From Geotalea uraniireducens Rf4 (GTDB lineage: Bacteria; Desulfobacterota; Desulfuromonadia; Geobacterales; Geobacteraceae): a DNA stretch of 32,000 bases. Positions 31,266 to 32,000 of the stretch are shown in pieces. Both the position numbers and the translations under genes were made by a program. The notes beneath the pieces are model-generated. The model did not search any database and was not told the DNA's origin. It was given only the letters and a program-made list of their open reading frames with translations. The stretch covers positions 4,200,001 to 4,232,000 of the forward strand of contig NC_009483.1 in NCBI RefSeq assembly GCF_000016745.1, in the 5' to 3' direction. Each line of letters starts with the position of its first letter. Positions within the stretch are counted from its first letter, which is position 1.

Positions 31266-32000
31266 TTACATCGGCTTTACCCGGCTCCGCCCCAGCCGCT
31301 TCATCAGTTTCCACAACGGACCGCGCACCGGAAAGTGGCGCAACGCTTCGAGCATGGCGTCGCTCATGTTGATCTCCAGCCCCGGCGCCACCCAGTTTTT
31401 CCGGGCCAGCGCCCGTTCGGTCACCATCCGGCAAAGCGTCTCCCGGATGGGGGGCGAGATGTAGAAAACCGGCTCAAGAAGCGATGTCCGGCTGGTGATG
31501 ACGCCATCCGCCAGCGCCGCATCATGGAGGGGGGTGCCTGGAAATATCCTGATGCCGGTCATGGCAATGACCGCGGTCGGCTCCAGCTCGTCCATCAGGG
31601 AAAAGCTCTCGTCTATGGTCGCCTCGCTCTCGCCCGGGCCGCCGAAGAGGATGTAGTGGGCAAAATCCGCCCCCTGCTCCCTGCAGAGGCGGGAGGCGCT
31701 CCGCACATCTTCCACGCCGAACGACTTGCCGAGGTTACGCAGCATCTGCGCCGAACCGGATTCGCTGCCGAACTCCACGGCATCGCAGCCGGCTGCAATC
31801 ATGGCATTCAGCAGTGACGGGGTTACAAAGGCGGGATTGATGAACGCAGTCCAATTGATCGGCAGCTGCTCGGCAATGATGGCGCGGCAGAGCTCTTCGG
31901 CAAATTCCGGCGGATAGTTGAAGATATCATCGACAAAATAGATGTAACTGACGCCGAATCCATCGACAAGCGACCTGATCTCGGCGACGATCTCGCCGAT
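31266..32000 (-). CDS. Radical SAM enzyme, C-terminal part (5' end off the window)
   Basis: The frame is open to nt 32000 (IGEIVAEIRSLVDGFGVSYIYFVDDIFNYPPEF...), beyond the internal Met used in the ORF track. FVDD.F, GCDAVEFGSESGS and GGPGES are typical of the radical SAM TIM-barrel distal half. The CxxxCxxC motif lies outside the window. Confidence 0.75.
   Translation of the reverse strand: MGEIVAEIRSLVDGFGVSYIYFVDDIFNYPPEFAEELCRAIIAEQLPINWTAFINPAFVTPSLLNAMIAAGCDAVEFGSESGSAQMLRNLGKSFGVEDVRSASRLCREQGADFAHYILFGGPGESEATIDESFSLMDELEPTAVIAMTGIRIFPGTPLHDAALADGVITSRTSLLEPVFYISPPIRETLCRMVTERALARKNWVAPGLEINMSDAMLEALRHFPVRGPLWKLMKRLGRSRVKPM

Overview
GC-rich chromosomal segment. The gene content and the oligomer-armed intergenic hairpins look like a Geobacteraceae/Desulfuromonadales genome; that attribution is from memory, not a search. 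There are three blocks. (1) 1-6.7 kb is a plus-strand Hdr/Flx-like redox operon: hdrB (5' truncated), hdrA, mvhD-like, two polyferredoxin-like genes and an FNR-like flavoprotein. Every intercistronic spacer holds a long hairpin built from short tandem oligomers. (2) 6.7-16.2 kb is mixed. It holds an unannotated 52-aa RHH-like ORF in front of a radical SAM/SPASM enzyme, a lipoprotein, a J-like zinc-ribbon membrane protein and a 1155-aa GH13 protein whose stop codon lies inside a 169-bp palindromic element. It also holds a secreted protein made of five 11-residue repeats, a B12-binding radical SAM enzyme and a PagL-like outer-membrane protein. (3) 16.2-32 kb is a minus-strand FAS-II-like biosynthesis and export locus: MMPL exporter and LolA-like carrier on the left; hot-dog dehydratase, His-less KS-like partner, KAS II-like synthase, FabG-like reductase and a truncated radical SAM gene on the right. 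A visibly AT-richer defence island of about 7.9 kb (19.4-27.3 kb) splits this locus. In transcription order the island carries a HigB2/HigA2-like TA pair, an Mrr-type nuclease, a nuclease-methyltransferase fusion with a separate two-TRD specificity subunit and no HsdR, a RhuM-Doc/Fic fusion and a DUF1016/YhcG PD-(D/E)xK nuclease. The best candidates for something new are the HsdR-less R-M fusion with its tightly coupled RhuM-Doc + YhcG pair, the radical-SAM-decorated KS/KS-like/DH/KR + LolA/MMPL locus of unknown product, and the small ORF + SPASM maturase pair. No rRNA, tRNA, CRISPR array, transposase or integrase was seen. All calls rest on motif reading by eye; no database search or GC calculation was run.
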